A program made the translations under genes and the position numbers. 64,000 bases of DNA from Candidatus Latescibacterota bacterium (lineage in GTDB: Bacteria; Latescibacterota; UBA2968; UBA8231), in contig OZ253462.1 in NCBI GenBank assembly GCA_965261395.1, forward strand, positions 2,144,001 to 2,208,000. The letters are read 5' to 3'. Position 1 is the stretch's first letter; the number at the start of each line of letters is the position of its first letter. The notes beneath the pieces were generated by a model. The model was not told the origin of the DNA and did no database searches. It worked only from the letters and a program-made list of their open reading frames with translations. Positions 28,854 to 39,385 of the stretch are shown here, one piece after another.

Positions 28854-30173
28854 ATGCCGTCCTTCCTCCACAAAGCCTACATCGCCACCCTAATCTGCTG
28901 CCTCCTATTCCTCGCCTTCATCTACGGCATAGTCTCGGCGATCTTCCACCTCTCCCCTGCTCCCGACATCCGCATCCACGCCGTCAACGCCTACGGCCAC
29001 CTCGCCTATCTCTACGAAAGCCTCACCGACACCAAAAACCAATTCACCAGCACCATGTGGTTTGAAGACGCCAGCGCGCCATCCGGAGCCATAATCCACA
29101 ACGCCGCCGCCATGCAGCCCGGCCTGACCCTCGTATCCAAAAACGCCACCGCCGCCGTGCTCATGGACTCGCTCGGCAACATCGTCCACCAGTGGAAATG
29201 CGACTTTGCTGAAGCCTTTGACGAAGACGACTTCGCCGCCTTCCCGCAGCAACCCGACATGCTGCACTGGCACCGCACCCACCTATACCCCAATGGCGAC
29301 CTCCTCGCCAACCACGACTACGTCAACCACTACCCGTACGGCTACGGCCTCGTCAAACTCGACAAAAACTCACAAGTCATCTGGAAATACACCGGCACCG
29401 CCCACCACGACTTCGACCTCGACGATCAAGGCAACATCTACTCGATCGTCCAAGAAATCGGCACCGCGCCCATCGGCAACATCCAACCCCCGTACATCGA
29501 AGATTTTGCCGTGGTCATCGACGAAGCAACCGGCCAAGAAAAGCGGCGCTTTTCCATCTTCCGCGCTCTGAAAAACTCGCCGTATCGCAGCGTGTTCGAC
29601 CGCTGGCAGACCACCCGCCACAGCGAAGTCACCCACACCAACGCCATCCGCCTAATCCCGCCGGATTGGGCCGCCCACATCCCGCGCGCCAAAGCCGGCG
29701 ACCTGCTCATCTCCCTGCGCAACCCCAACGCCCTCATCATCGTCGATCCCGCCGAGCAACAAGTGATCTGGTATGGGGAAGGAATCTGGAAACAGCAGCA
29801 CGACCCCGACTTGCTGCCCAACGGCCGCGTGCTGCTCTTCGACAACCAAGGCCTGCGCGGCAGCCCCTTCGGCCAAAGCCGCGTACTGGAAATCGATCTA
29901 TTTACGCACGAAATTTACTGGGATTACAAAGGCACCAGCCCCGACCACCTGTTCGACAGTTGGATCCGCGGTGCCCAACAGCGCCTGCCCAACGGCAACA
30001 CCCTCATCACGGAATCGCAACGCGGGCGCTTGCTCGAAGTCACACCAGCCGGCGCAATCGCGTGGGAATACTACAATCCAGATCGCGCCGAATACCAGGG
30101 CAAGCCCCTGCGCGGCATGATGACCCAAGCCCAAAGGATACCCCAAGATGCCCTGTCATTTCTCGACAATTAG
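28854..30173 (+). CDS. Arylsulfotransferase (ASST)-family beta-propeller
   Basis: AHHD, THTNAI, LISLR, QQHDP, FDN, QRLPNGNTLITE. Confidence 0.85.
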   Translation: MPSFLHKAYIATLICCLLFLAFIYGIVSAIFHLSPAPDIRIHAVNAYGHLAYLYESLTDTKNQFTSTMWFEDASAPSGAIIHNAAAMQPGLTLVSKNATAAVLMDSLGNIVHQWKCDFAEAFDEDDFAAFPQQPDMLHWHRTHLYPNGDLLANHDYVNHYPYGYGLVKLDKNSQVIWKYTGTAHHDFDLDDQGNIYSIVQEIGTAPIGNIQPPYIEDFAVVIDEATGQEKRRFSIFRALKNSPYRSVFDRWQTTRHSEVTHTNAIRLIPPDWAAHIPRAKAGDLLISLRNPNALIIVDPAEQQVIWYGEGIWKQQHDPDLLPNGRVLLFDNQGLRGSPFGQSRVLEIDLFTHEIYWDYKGTSPDHLFDSWIRGAQQRLPNGNTLITESQRGRLLEVTPAGAIAWEYYNPDRAEYQGKPLRGMMTQAQRIPQDALSFLDN

Positions 30174-30375
30174 CCTCGTTTGCGCGCTCCTGCTCCTGTG
30201 CAGCAGCGCCGCCCACGCCTACATCGGCCCCATCATCATCATCGGCGCAATCGGCAGCATGTTCGGCTGGGTCGCCGCCGTCGTCATCGCCGCCGCCCTC
30301 GTCGCCTCGTACCCCTTTTACGTGCTGTACCGCCGCAAAAACAAACGCAAACAAAGCAAGAGCGAACTGCCCTAG
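30148..30375 (+). CDS. Small membrane protein with AHA-YIGP motif
   Basis: Signal-like segment, AYIGP, TM helix, basic tail. Confidence 0.6.
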   Translation: MPCHFSTISLVCALLLLCSSAAHAYIGPIIIIGAIGSMFGWVAAVVIAAALVASYPFYVLYRRKNKRKQSKSELP

Positions 30376-31097
30376 CGCCCGTGCTCCCGCAGTAGCTGTA
30401 TCCCGTGCGCCAACGCCCCAGGCGTATCCACATCCTGCCACCAAGCCGCCCCAATATCCAACGCGCGCAACCGGCCCCGCTCGATCAGCATCCGCATCCC
30501 ATCGGTCAAGCTGCAATCGCCCCGGCGCGCTTCCACCTCGCCCAGACGCGCCACCACCGCGTCGCTGCAAGCGAACAGGCCGGTATCGACGGCGTTGAAA
30601 TCCGTTAGCTCCTTGCCAATCGCCGCGATGCGCTCGCCCTCTAGCCGCACCTTCGTCGCATCGTCCATGTCGTAGATCGAGTCCAGTTTGCGATCCACCG
30701 CCAAGACAACCTCGCCGAGACTCAGGCTGACGCCGCGCATCGCGGTGATCATCTCCGGGTCGAAGAGATGATCGGCCATCATCAATAGGTACTCCTCGGC
30801 GAGCACCTCGGTCGCCGCCAACACCGAAATCCCATTGGATAGCTTCCATTGCGGATTCTCGACAAATCGCAGCCCAATCCCCAGACCACTCACCCCGTTC
30901 AGAGCCGCACACACATCCGCGCCGCAATGCCCAGTGACCACGACGATCTCCCGCAGGCCACTTTGCTCCAGCATCCGGCAGGTGCGCACCAACAGCGGCT
31001 CGCCTTCCATTTGCACTAGGGCCTTGTGCGTTACCGGAACGTAGTCGCGCAAGCGAGAGCCGTGCCCGGCGGCCAAAATAAGCGCTTGGTCAATCAC
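30372..31097 (-). CDS. NTP transferase (sugar/inositol/choline-phosphate cytidylyltransferase-like)
   Basis: ILAAGHGSRL, HKAL, MADH, DATKV, WQDVDTP. Confidence 0.85.
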   Translation of the reverse strand: MIDQALILAAGHGSRLRDYVPVTHKALVQMEGEPLLVRTCRMLEQSGLREIVVVTGHCGADVCAALNGVSGLGIGLRFVENPQWKLSNGISVLAATEVLAEEYLLMMADHLFDPEMITAMRGVSLSLGEVVLAVDRKLDSIYDMDDATKVRLEGERIAAIGKELTDFNAVDTGLFACSDAVVARLGEVEARRGDCSLTDGMRMLIERGRLRALDIGAAWWQDVDTPGALAHGIQLLREHGR

Positions 31098-31122
31098 AAC
31101 ACCTCTCCTTCAGCGGGAAACA

Positions 31123-31377
31123 CTACCGACCGACGCTTTGCAATTCTTCGCGTATGACCCGGCGCAGCGTGGCTTCGTCAAGAGCGTCACCCTGCTGCTT
31201 GAGGTACTCTCGCAGCGCCTGATTAATCATGGTTTGATAGCCCATGCCTTCGCTTTCCGACCGAGCGCGAAAGCTATTCAACACCTCGTTATCGAGATAA
31301 ATGGTAACGCGGGTTTTGCCTCTCTGGGCTGCGACCGGCCCCCGCTTCCCCTGACTGAAATCATATTCCTTCTTCAT
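31123..31377 (-). CDS. brnA: BrnA antitoxin
   Basis: EYDFS..KTRVTIYLD..GYQTMINQALR. Confidence 0.9.
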   Translation of the reverse strand: MKKEYDFSQGKRGPVAAQRGKTRVTIYLDNEVLNSFRARSESEGMGYQTMINQALREYLKQQGDALDEATLRRVIREELQSVGR

Positions 31378-31633
31378 AATTTCGCTGCTCCGCTTGAGTA
31401 GCTCTCCGAGCTGATATAAGCCTAATAGTTTCCTGGCGATAGGTATACACTACGACGAGGATACGCCCTAAAGCATCTAAGCCTATCGTTACGAACCTCT
31501 GCTCTTCATCAACCCGATCATCTTCGATCGTCACGCCATAGGGATCGAATAACACAGGTTCTGCATCCGAGAAAGCAACGCCATGTTTTGCAAAATTTGC
31601 GCTTGCTTTAGGCGGATCCCATCTGATGTCCAT
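31361..31633 (-). CDS. brnT: BrnT ribonuclease toxin
   Basis: WD..K...N..KHG..F, EQRF..IG, IRLISARRAT. Confidence 0.92.
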   Translation of the reverse strand: MDIRWDPPKASANFAKHGVAFSDAEPVLFDPYGVTIEDDRVDEEQRFVTIGLDALGRILVVVYTYRQETIRLISARRATQAEQRNYEEGI

Positions 31634-31667
31634 GATTGAATATATGTATAATGTGCATACGTTGCTA

Positions 31668-33794
31668 TTAACCGATGATAAAGACCCTGTTACCGGTCTT
31701 GCCGGTAAAGTAGTCGATGACAATCCACAGGCCGTTGCACAGGCTCTCGCCCATAATCAGCCCCAAGAAGAAGCGCACGCTCGCCGCGTAAATCGCCGGC
31801 CCGCCAAAGCGCAGCACGAGCCGCTTGACCGCCCAGGCAATGAGAATGCTGAACCATATCTTGTCCATCAGGTGATTGGCCGCCACGGCAAAACCCAGCG
31901 GGTGCAAAGGCCACCAGAGCACGTGATGCCGCGCCCACATCAGCAAGAGCATGACCGCACCGCCGCCAGCGCAAAAAGTGAGTCCGTCCCAAGCCACGCC
32001 CGCCGGCTCTAGCCCGCGCACCGCAAAGTTGTACACGGTGGACGGCCCGCCCCGAAAAAACCACCCCACCAGATTGATCCCTCCGTGCCGGTACGCCATG
32101 TGCAGCACCATCCAGCACGAGCCAGCCGCGCCAATCAAGATCGCCAGGCACACCCCCCACATCACCACCCGCCGACTCGGGCGCGTCATGTCCTCGACCA
32201 GCTTTAGCCCGTTGGCCAACAGCGCCATCACAAAGATGCGGATGTCGGCACACCAGATATAAGCCAGCGACAAATTGAACACCCCGCTAGTGCCGATCAG
32301 GTTGACGCCCAAGCCGTGTATCATCAGGTCCGGCGCGATCATCGGCGAGCGCACGGCCGCCAACCCAGCCTCGGCCACGATCCGGCTAATCCCAATAAAG
32401 ATCAACAGCGCTAATCCAATAAACACCGCCGCCACCCATAATTGCACCCCCATCAGCCACAGCCACCCCACCATCGTCCCCACGCCAGCCAGCAAGGCGC
32501 AGACCGCACCGCGATACGAGACGATCTCGTCGCTATCGTCGATGTCGCGCGCGCCCCACAACGCCTTGCGAAACACCCGCTTCAGGTGCTCGCGGCCCAT
32601 CCATAGGCCGGCCAACACCAGCGCCAGCAACGCGCCGCCGCCCTGATAGGCCAGATAGGGCTGGGAGGCAATGCCATAGACGAACTGCTGCTTGGACGTC
32701 AGGCCCAGCAGCAGCAGGACCTCGGACTCGGCCCGGACCAAGAGCTGGAAGATCCACAGACCAGCTGAGATGCTCGTGCTGATCAAATAAGAAAAGCCCA
32801 CCATCGCGAAGATGACCCGCAGTTGCAAACGCTGGCCGAAATAGGGCATGCTCCAATTCAAGTTTACGTTGGGCATCGACGGCTCGTACTGGTGCAGGGC
32901 CTCAAGCGACCCCCACAGCACGGGGATGGCGCAACCATACCACATGGCCCGGCTCTTAAAAAAGCGGTTGACCAAACCCCGGCCCTCGCCCTGCACCATG
33001 GCCGCTCCCACCTGCGCTACTGGGTACGCCAGCCGCTCGCGGTCCATCCACTGCCGCCGCAAGATCACGGCCGCGGCAACCATCGTCGCGTAGAGCGCAA
33101 TGAGAAACACCGCCCACCACAACAGCGGCTCGGCCCAAGCCCCATAGGGGATTTCCCCGCCCTCGAAGAAAGCGCGGTTGTCCTCGCCGTCGTCAACCAA
33201 GATCGCGTGCTCGGGCAAGAGTGGGCCGAGCTTTTCCTGCCACTGGTTTTGCGGCGTGCCGTAATAGGCAAAGGCCGCGAGAATGGGCAGCAACTGCTGG
33301 CTCATGCCCATCGTGCACAGGGCCGAGACCATCAAGAGCATGATGTACACCAAGACCAAGTCGGCGCGGTCGAGGGCCAGCGATCCGCCGTGCCAGACTA
33401 GGATCGCATTGAGCAGCACCGAGGCCACCAAAAAGGAGGCAAACCACAGGCCCGGCTTAAACAGGTCGATCTGCGGCTGGGGCAGGTAATACGCCAGATA
33501 AAGACCCAGCGCTACCGCTACCGCGCTCAGCGCCCAGACCCCGTTCCGCGCCACCACCTTGAACAGAACGTTGAGCAGGCCGATGAGCACGAGAAACAGA
33601 AAGATCGCGCCTGGAGTATTGAAATCCCACGCCATAAAGGTCGAGTGCATGGCCATGTTGGCGTATGGCGCACCAATGGCGAGAAAGAAGCTGAGAAAGA
33701 TGCCCGTCCAAAAGCCGCGCCAAGTCACGCCGACTGCGGCCCCCGAACGAGATTTAGGGGAGGTGGCAAAGGTGGAGGGAATGGACCGCTGCAA
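31668..33794 (-). CDS. Large polytopic membrane protein (DUF6785/DUF6784-like, putative transporter)
   Basis: RRQW...ERLAYP, SRIVAEAG, WWPLHPLGF; many TM helices. Confidence 0.7.
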   Translation of the reverse strand: MQRSIPSTFATSPKSRSGAAVGVTWRGFWTGIFLSFFLAIGAPYANMAMHSTFMAWDFNTPGAIFLFLVLIGLLNVLFKVVARNGVWALSAVAVALGLYLAYYLPQPQIDLFKPGLWFASFLVASVLLNAILVWHGGSLALDRADLVLVYIMLLMVSALCTMGMSQQLLPILAAFAYYGTPQNQWQEKLGPLLPEHAILVDDGEDNRAFFEGGEIPYGAWAEPLLWWAVFLIALYATMVAAAVILRRQWMDRERLAYPVAQVGAAMVQGEGRGLVNRFFKSRAMWYGCAIPVLWGSLEALHQYEPSMPNVNLNWSMPYFGQRLQLRVIFAMVGFSYLISTSISAGLWIFQLLVRAESEVLLLLGLTSKQQFVYGIASQPYLAYQGGGALLALVLAGLWMGREHLKRVFRKALWGARDIDDSDEIVSYRGAVCALLAGVGTMVGWLWLMGVQLWVAAVFIGLALLIFIGISRIVAEAGLAAVRSPMIAPDLMIHGLGVNLIGTSGVFNLSLAYIWCADIRIFVMALLANGLKLVEDMTRPSRRVVMWGVCLAILIGAAGSCWMVLHMAYRHGGINLVGWFFRGGPSTVYNFAVRGLEPAGVAWDGLTFCAGGGAVMLLLMWARHHVLWWPLHPLGFAVAANHLMDKIWFSILIAWAVKRLVLRFGGPAIYAASVRFFLGLIMGESLCNGLWIVIDYFTGKTGNRVFIIG

Positions 33795-33797
33795 ACT

Positions 33798-35648
33798 TCA
33801 ATACTCCACGTGGATGTCGGCCAGCGCGGGCGTCTTGGCGACCAAGGAGCGGACGCGCCGCAAATGCCGCTGTCCGGCCCGGCTCAGCCCGGACTCGTCC
33901 CCCGCCAGCAAATCGCGCTGCTCCAGCGCGTCGGTCGCCAAGTCGAACAGCATGGAGCCGCGCCAGCTATAGTTGATGTACTTCCAATCATCGGCCACGA
34001 CCGCGTAGCCTTTGCGCGACCACTGCACGTGTTCGTCCGTGTTGACCACCACGATCAGGCGCTCGGGATCGAGCGGACGCAGGAGCGAGCGGCCGTCCAG
34101 TCGCTCCTGCCACGCAGCGACCAAGGAATCGGCAGACAGCCCGAGGAGATCCAGCGCGGTCGGCACCAAGTCCGTCAGCGCGACGCGCACCTGCGCGTTT
34201 TGACGCAACTGACCCCAACCCGCGCCCAGCCGCTGCCGGTGACGCTCGGGCACGACGGCAAAAAACGGGATGGCAATCGCCGTCTGGTAATACGAATCCG
34301 TGCGGTGGAGTTTGTGGACGCCGTCGAGGTCTTCGCCGTGGTCGGCCGCAAAGAGCACCATCGTATTCTCCGCTAGCCCCTGTGCGGCGAGGTGGTCGAA
34401 CAGCCGACCGAGCAGGTGGTCCATATAGGCCACCGCATTATCGTAGCTCGCGTCCGGCCACGGCTGCCAATCCGGCGGCGCGTAGCCCGGATAATGCGTG
34501 CAGTTGAATTGCAGAGCCACCACAAACGGGCCGCGTGCGGCAAAGCGGTCGATGGTTGCGAGGGTCTCCGCCATCATCCGGTGGTCGTCCATGCCTTCGG
34601 AGTTGACGATCTCGGCGTCCGAGCGCTCGAGCGTAAACACGTGGTCCAACGCGTCATCGACAAAAAAGCCTTCGAGATTATTCCAAGCGTAGCTCTGCGC
34701 CGAGATCAGCGCCGTCTGGTAGCCAGCGGCGTGGGCGTAGTGCCACAGCAGCGGGGAGGTGTGCTGCTCCACGGGCGGGCGCGACGGGAAAAGTCCGCTC
34801 AGCATGGCCGGTAGCGCCACCTTGGTCGCCGTGGCATTGGACACGGCCTTCTCCATCTGCACCCAATCGGCGGGCCGCGCCTTTTGCAACGCCGCCAGCC
34901 GAGGTGTGGTTTGCCGCTCGTACCCGTAGAGGCCGGTGCGGCTGAGCGCGACGCTTTCCCCGATCACCACGATCAGGTTGGGCGCGCGCTCATCCACAGG
35001 CGCGCCGCTGTAAATGGCAGCCGACGCCGGGCGGCTCGCTTGCAACAAACGCCCGTGTACCCCGCCGATGAACGAGTGGACGGCAAGGTCAACAGCCAGT
35101 TTCGCGGCCGCCGCGTCCGGCACCATGATGCTCGCGTGGCGATGCACCGCGCCAAAAGCCACCGCCCCAGCCAAGCACAGCGCGGCCAAAATTCTGCCGT
35201 GCGCTGGCTGGCGGCCCGAGCGCAGCTTGTAGCGCCACCAGCCCACGATAACGGCCACAAAGGCCACCCAGACCACCGCGTCCCCCCAATCGGCCTCATT
35301 GTAGATATACCCCCAAGCCTCGCGTGGATAGCCAGCCGAATGCACGAGCGCGTAGGCCGTCGGCCAGCAGTAGAATATCTCGTGGAAGCCAATCCATGCC
35401 AGGGCCAGCACGGAGGCTACCAAGCCGACGACGATGACGAACGTAGCTTGCCAGCGCGGGCGCAACCGACTGCTGAGCGCGAAAAGGCCCTGCCACAGCA
35501 CCAGCGAGAACGCCACCGACAGCCCCCACCACACCCACTGCGTCAAGCGCAAGTCGAGCGTCGGCCGCAGCCACAAATCGACGGCCACTCCCAACAAGGT
35601 GATGGGAAGCAAGGGCAACATTTGCTTGCGCACGGCGGGATCGTCCAT
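33798..35648 (-). CDS. Membrane-anchored sulfatase-like / phosphoethanolamine-transferase-like protein
   Basis: N-terminal TM helices, VVIGES, YGYERQTTP, YDNAV.Y.D, ADHGE. Confidence 0.8.
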   Translation of the reverse strand: MDDPAVRKQMLPLLPITLLGVAVDLWLRPTLDLRLTQWVWWGLSVAFSLVLWQGLFALSSRLRPRWQATFVIVVGLVASVLALAWIGFHEIFYCWPTAYALVHSAGYPREAWGYIYNEADWGDAVVWVAFVAVIVGWWRYKLRSGRQPAHGRILAALCLAGAVAFGAVHRHASIMVPDAAAAKLAVDLAVHSFIGGVHGRLLQASRPASAAIYSGAPVDERAPNLIVVIGESVALSRTGLYGYERQTTPRLAALQKARPADWVQMEKAVSNATATKVALPAMLSGLFPSRPPVEQHTSPLLWHYAHAAGYQTALISAQSYAWNNLEGFFVDDALDHVFTLERSDAEIVNSEGMDDHRMMAETLATIDRFAARGPFVVALQFNCTHYPGYAPPDWQPWPDASYDNAVAYMDHLLGRLFDHLAAQGLAENTMVLFAADHGEDLDGVHKLHRTDSYYQTAIAIPFFAVVPERHRQRLGAGWGQLRQNAQVRVALTDLVPTALDLLGLSADSLVAAWQERLDGRSLLRPLDPERLIVVVNTDEHVQWSRKGYAVVADDWKYINYSWRGSMLFDLATDALEQRDLLAGDESGLSRAGQRHLRRVRSLVAKTPALADIHVEY

Positions 35649-35692
35649 CAGAACCTATAGAATGGCCGCTCATGGCCGCTGCACTGCATGGC

Positions 35693-36604
35693 CTACGCGC
35701 CCAAGACACCTAGGCGCTGCAACTCCTGTTTGATGGCCTCGCGCCCCGCTGGCGGCACGTTGATCCGAGGCGGGCGCACCGCACCGCCAGCCAGCCCCAT
35801 CAGCTCCATCGTCGCCTTGAGCATGCCGGCGTCATCAAAGCGCGAACGCAACCGCTCCAAGGGGGCCAACTGCTCCTGTAACTCGATCATCTGCGGCCAA
35901 TCCTGCCGTTGCGCAGCGGCAAAAAGCGCCAGCTCTAGCTGCGGGGCGAAGTTGACAAAACCAGCGGTAAAGCCCTCGATCCCGGCCTGGAAGCGGAAGT
36001 GCAACACGCCCGGGTCGTGGCGCTTGTTGCCAATCCAGACGAAGCGGTCGCCGAGCCGCTTGATGGCGCGGAAGAGGTGGTGCGGCTCAAAGCAGGGGTC
36101 CTTGATCGCGGCGATCTGCGGCACTGCGGCCAGCCGCTCGAAAAGTTCGGCCGACCAGCCCTGCGTATTGTAGGGCATCAGCGCCAGCCCCGACCGCGTC
36201 CCCAATGCCTCGTAGTATTGAAACACCCCTGCGGGATCTTCGGGCACTTGGTGGCGCGTGTAGGGTGCCATCGCCAGCGCGACGCGCAATCCCAACGCCT
36301 CGTAGCGCGGTGCTAGATCCGCGGCCTCACCCAAGTTGCCGGGCAAGGTCGGCACTACCAGCGCCCGCTCGCCCACCGTCGCTAGGGCGCACTCGGCCAG
36401 TGCCACGCGCTCGGGCGGGGCCAACGCGTCGTTTTCACCGGTGCCGCCGGCTATCACAAAAATCCGCACCCCCCTGTCGGCAGCCCACGCTATATTGCGC
36501 GCAAACCCGTCCAAGTCGAGTGCGTAGAGATCATCGCGCTGATAAATAGTCAGCGCATAGGCGTGGACATCTCTTAGCTGGTCGCGCAAGGCATGGTCGA
36601 TCAT
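35693..36604 (-). CDS. DHDPS/KDG-dehydratase family class I aldolase
   Basis: AGGTGE, PYN, AIKD, VRPP. Confidence 0.85.
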   Translation of the reverse strand: MIDHALRDQLRDVHAYALTIYQRDDLYALDLDGFARNIAWAADRGVRIFVIAGGTGENDALAPPERVALAECALATVGERALVVPTLPGNLGEAADLAPRYEALGLRVALAMAPYTRHQVPEDPAGVFQYYEALGTRSGLALMPYNTQGWSAELFERLAAVPQIAAIKDPCFEPHHLFRAIKRLGDRFVWIGNKRHDPGVLHFRFQAGIEGFTAGFVNFAPQLELALFAAAQRQDWPQMIELQEQLAPLERLRSRFDDAGMLKATMELMGLAGGAVRPPRINVPPAGREAIKQELQRLGVLGA

Positions 36605-36627
36605 CGCGTTCTCCTGCGTCGTAGTGA

Positions 36628-37743
36628 TTAGTGCGCCACCGAGCCATCGGCGTGAAAATTGCCCTTAATCGCCCAGCGCTCGTACGGGTATTTCGCCAGC
36701 GCATCCTCGACTATTTCAACCCCAATCCCCGGCCGATCTGTCAGTATTCGATAGCCGCCCTCAACCCGTAACTGCTCATCGACGATCTCGGTCATCGGCC
36801 CGTTGAGGGCATTGTGTTCGGTGTGCGTGTAGTTGGGAATGGCCGCGGCTAGCTGCGCGAACGCCGCGTTGTTGATGGGGCTGCCCATCAGATGGGGGAA
36901 AACCCCGACGAAAGCCATCTCCGCCAGCGCGGCAATTTTCTTCACCTGCGTGAATCCGCCCGCCAAGGATACGTCCGGCCGAATCAGGCTGACGATCTGG
37001 CGGTCGATCAAATCCTTAAACTGGAAGGGGTTGTAGCACCGCTCGCCGGTGGCGATTGGGATGTTGATGTGCCGGGCGATGTACTCGAGGGCCTCGAAGC
37101 TCTGTGGCGGCAGCGGGTCCTCGTAGTACAGTATCTTAAAGGGCGTCAATTCCGTGGCTAGTGCAATCGCCTCCTCCGGCCGCAAATTCCGGTGGATCTC
37201 CAACCCCAAATCCATCTCGTCCCCAAGCGCCTCCCGCGCCGCGGCCACCAGTTCCACAGCCGTCGAGATGTTGGCCGTGCTGGTGCGTTGCTCAAACCCG
37301 CTAACAAACGGCCCCATCCGAAACGACGTAAACCCCTGCTCCACTCGCGCCTGCGCGCTCTCCCGCACTTCCGCAGGCGTCTGCCCGCCGATGTTTTCGT
37401 ACACTTTTACCTTGTCGCGGCACTTGCCGCCCAACAACTGATACACGGGCAAACCCACCGCCTTGCCGAATATATCCCACAGCGCAATGTCTATCGCACT
37501 CATCGCCGCACTCATCGCCGCACCCATAAAGTGCGCCGACCGCGACACCACCTGATAGTGATGCTCAATGCGGAGCGGATCCTTGCCCACGTAGTAATCA
37601 CTCAACTCCCCCAGCGCCTCTTTTACCACCCCGTGATGTGCCCACAGCCCAGCCTCCCCATTGCCGACGATCCCCTCATCGGTATAGACCCGCACCAACA
37701 AAAACCTGCCCACTAAAAACGTCCGAATCTCTGTGATTTTCAT
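36628..37743 (-). CDS. Mandelate racemase/galactonate dehydratase-like enolase
   Basis: SAIDIALWDI.GK, LLGG.CRD, EDP, IATGER, RPD, PGIGVE, DGSV. Confidence 0.88.
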   Translation of the reverse strand: MKITEIRTFLVGRFLLVRVYTDEGIVGNGEAGLWAHHGVVKEALGELSDYYVGKDPLRIEHHYQVVSRSAHFMGAAMSAAMSAIDIALWDIFGKAVGLPVYQLLGGKCRDKVKVYENIGGQTPAEVRESAQARVEQGFTSFRMGPFVSGFEQRTSTANISTAVELVAAAREALGDEMDLGLEIHRNLRPEEAIALATELTPFKILYYEDPLPPQSFEALEYIARHINIPIATGERCYNPFQFKDLIDRQIVSLIRPDVSLAGGFTQVKKIAALAEMAFVGVFPHLMGSPINNAAFAQLAAAIPNYTHTEHNALNGPMTEIVDEQLRVEGGYRILTDRPGIGVEIVEDALAKYPYERWAIKGNFHADGSVAH

Positions 37744-37760
37744 CTTTCTTTCCTTTCTTC

Positions 37761-38510
37761 CTAGTACAAACTCATCAATCCTTCTGCGCCTTTGATCTGC
37801 TTCTTTTCAAAGCTCGGACTAAGCCACCGCGCGCGCGACTCCTGCCCCGGATTGCGATACGCATACACCACGCACCACCGCGTGTCGCTGTCTTCCTTGC
37901 GCGGATTGACTCCATGCGCCGCATGAGTCCACATCAACACCACCGTCCCTTTCGACACCGAAAGCTCCCCGATGCTGAGCGGTTGGCCGCTAACCGGATG
38001 TACCTTCCCCGTCATCCACCCCTGCGCCAACTCCGCATCCGATTCCGCTCTAATACCCGGATCCCGATACAAATGGCTCCCCGGCACCACCTTCAACCCA
38101 CCGTCGTCGGCTGCAAAGCCATTGACGTAAAAAAACACCCGCACAAAACCCAGCGCCGGATCGTCGTCCGAGTACTCGTGGCTGTGCCACTTGCTCCCCT
38201 GATTGCCTCCGTCGCGATTCAACGACACGCAGTGATCGTAGCGAATCTCTGCCCCTAGGATTCGGCGCACCAAGTCCAGCAGTTGCGGATGCCCAATCAG
38301 GCTCTCCAAATAGGCGTCGAATTCAGCGGCAAAGCGCGGGGGGAGATATTCCTCGTCATCGCGTGGCAGCGACTGGATGCGCGCCAACGCTGCGGTCAAC
38401 TGGGTACAAGCCGTATCGGTCAGGATGCCCGGCAGTGCGATGTGCCCGTCGCGGTCGAGGATTGCCCGTTCGTCGTCACCAAACACAAAGGGGCGAAACA
38501 GCGCTTCCAT
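37761..38510 (-). CDS. PhyH-family dioxygenase
   Basis: WHSH, GGLKVVPGSH, HGV..R...TR. Confidence 0.82.
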   Translation of the reverse strand: MEALFRPFVFGDDERAILDRDGHIALPGILTDTACTQLTAALARIQSLPRDDEEYLPPRFAAEFDAYLESLIGHPQLLDLVRRILGAEIRYDHCVSLNRDGGNQGSKWHSHEYSDDDPALGFVRVFFYVNGFAADDGGLKVVPGSHLYRDPGIRAESDAELAQGWMTGKVHPVSGQPLSIGELSVSKGTVVLMWTHAAHGVNPRKEDSDTRWCVVYAYRNPGQESRARWLSPSFEKKQIKGAEGLMSLY

Positions 38511-38559
38511 ACCTCAAATCTCCAGTCGAATTGCATTTCCAGACGAAGGCGTGCTCCGG

Positions 38560-39315
38560 TTATGCTTGCACCTCTTCGAAAAGCGAGGCCCGCGCGTGGA
38601 AATACGGCGGCTCAAAAAGCAGTGCCTGCCGCTCGGTCAAGGCGACGCCGTCCGGCGGTTCGATGTGGCTTTTGGACCACGACTGCTGCCCTGGGCTGTA
38701 TTTGAACAGCAGCGAGCGCCGCTGGTGTGCTGCTTGCCACGGCGCTGTGCCGTGCGTGAGGGCCTCGGTAAAAATCACCACCGACCCGGCCTTTGCCTCC
38801 GGCACCACCACGCACCCAGCCTCGATATGGGCCTCGCGGATTTCCTGCGGACAGGGATAATTGACCTTGTGGCTGCCCGGAATGCAGCAAAAACCACCCT
38901 GCGCCGGCCCCGTGTCGGCCAAGTTCCAAGAAACGACCGTCAGCCCGTTGTACATCCGTCCATTGAGGAAGTGATAGTACTCCGGCGGGTCGTAGGGCGT
39001 GTTGCCGCCGTGCAACCCGAGCCGCTCGGCCCCAGCCTCCAAGTAAATCGCATAGTAGTGGTCGAGCCGGAAGCCATCGCCGAGAATCACTTTGAGCAGC
39101 GGCATAATGCGCTCGTGGTCGAGCAAATCGACAAAGGGCTGGCCCCACGTCAAAAACCCGCCGCTGTGCAGCCGCCCCCGCGCCTGCTCTATATTCTCGC
39201 CCATCTCTTGGGCGTCAATCAGCCGATTCAACTCGGCAATAGCTTCCGCATCCAACACGTCCTCGACGATCAGATAGCCCTGGAGATCAAACAGATATTG
39301 CTCTACTTCGGTCAT
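38560..39315 (-). CDS. PhyH-family Fe/2OG enzyme (HGG motif)
   Basis: YLFDLQGY, LHGG, IPGSHK, FTEALTHG, RRSLLFKY. Confidence 0.88.
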   Translation of the reverse strand: MTEVEQYLFDLQGYLIVEDVLDAEAIAELNRLIDAQEMGENIEQARGRLHSGGFLTWGQPFVDLLDHERIMPLLKVILGDGFRLDHYYAIYLEAGAERLGLHGGNTPYDPPEYYHFLNGRMYNGLTVVSWNLADTGPAQGGFCCIPGSHKVNYPCPQEIREAHIEAGCVVVPEAKAGSVVIFTEALTHGTAPWQAAHQRRSLLFKYSPGQQSWSKSHIEPPDGVALTERQALLFEPPYFHARASLFEEVQA

Positions 39316-39385
39316 GTTTTATGGCTCCTATTTGGGTGGACAGGTTCGGGCACTTTGTCTATGCTCTCCGCTGGAGGAATGCACT

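Noticed and set aside
31098-31667. Long flanking direct repeats around BrnTA (also sought around the polymerase and the sulfation block)
   Set aside because: No duplication of the upstream gene end was found by eye, so these are not counted as direct-repeat cassettes.
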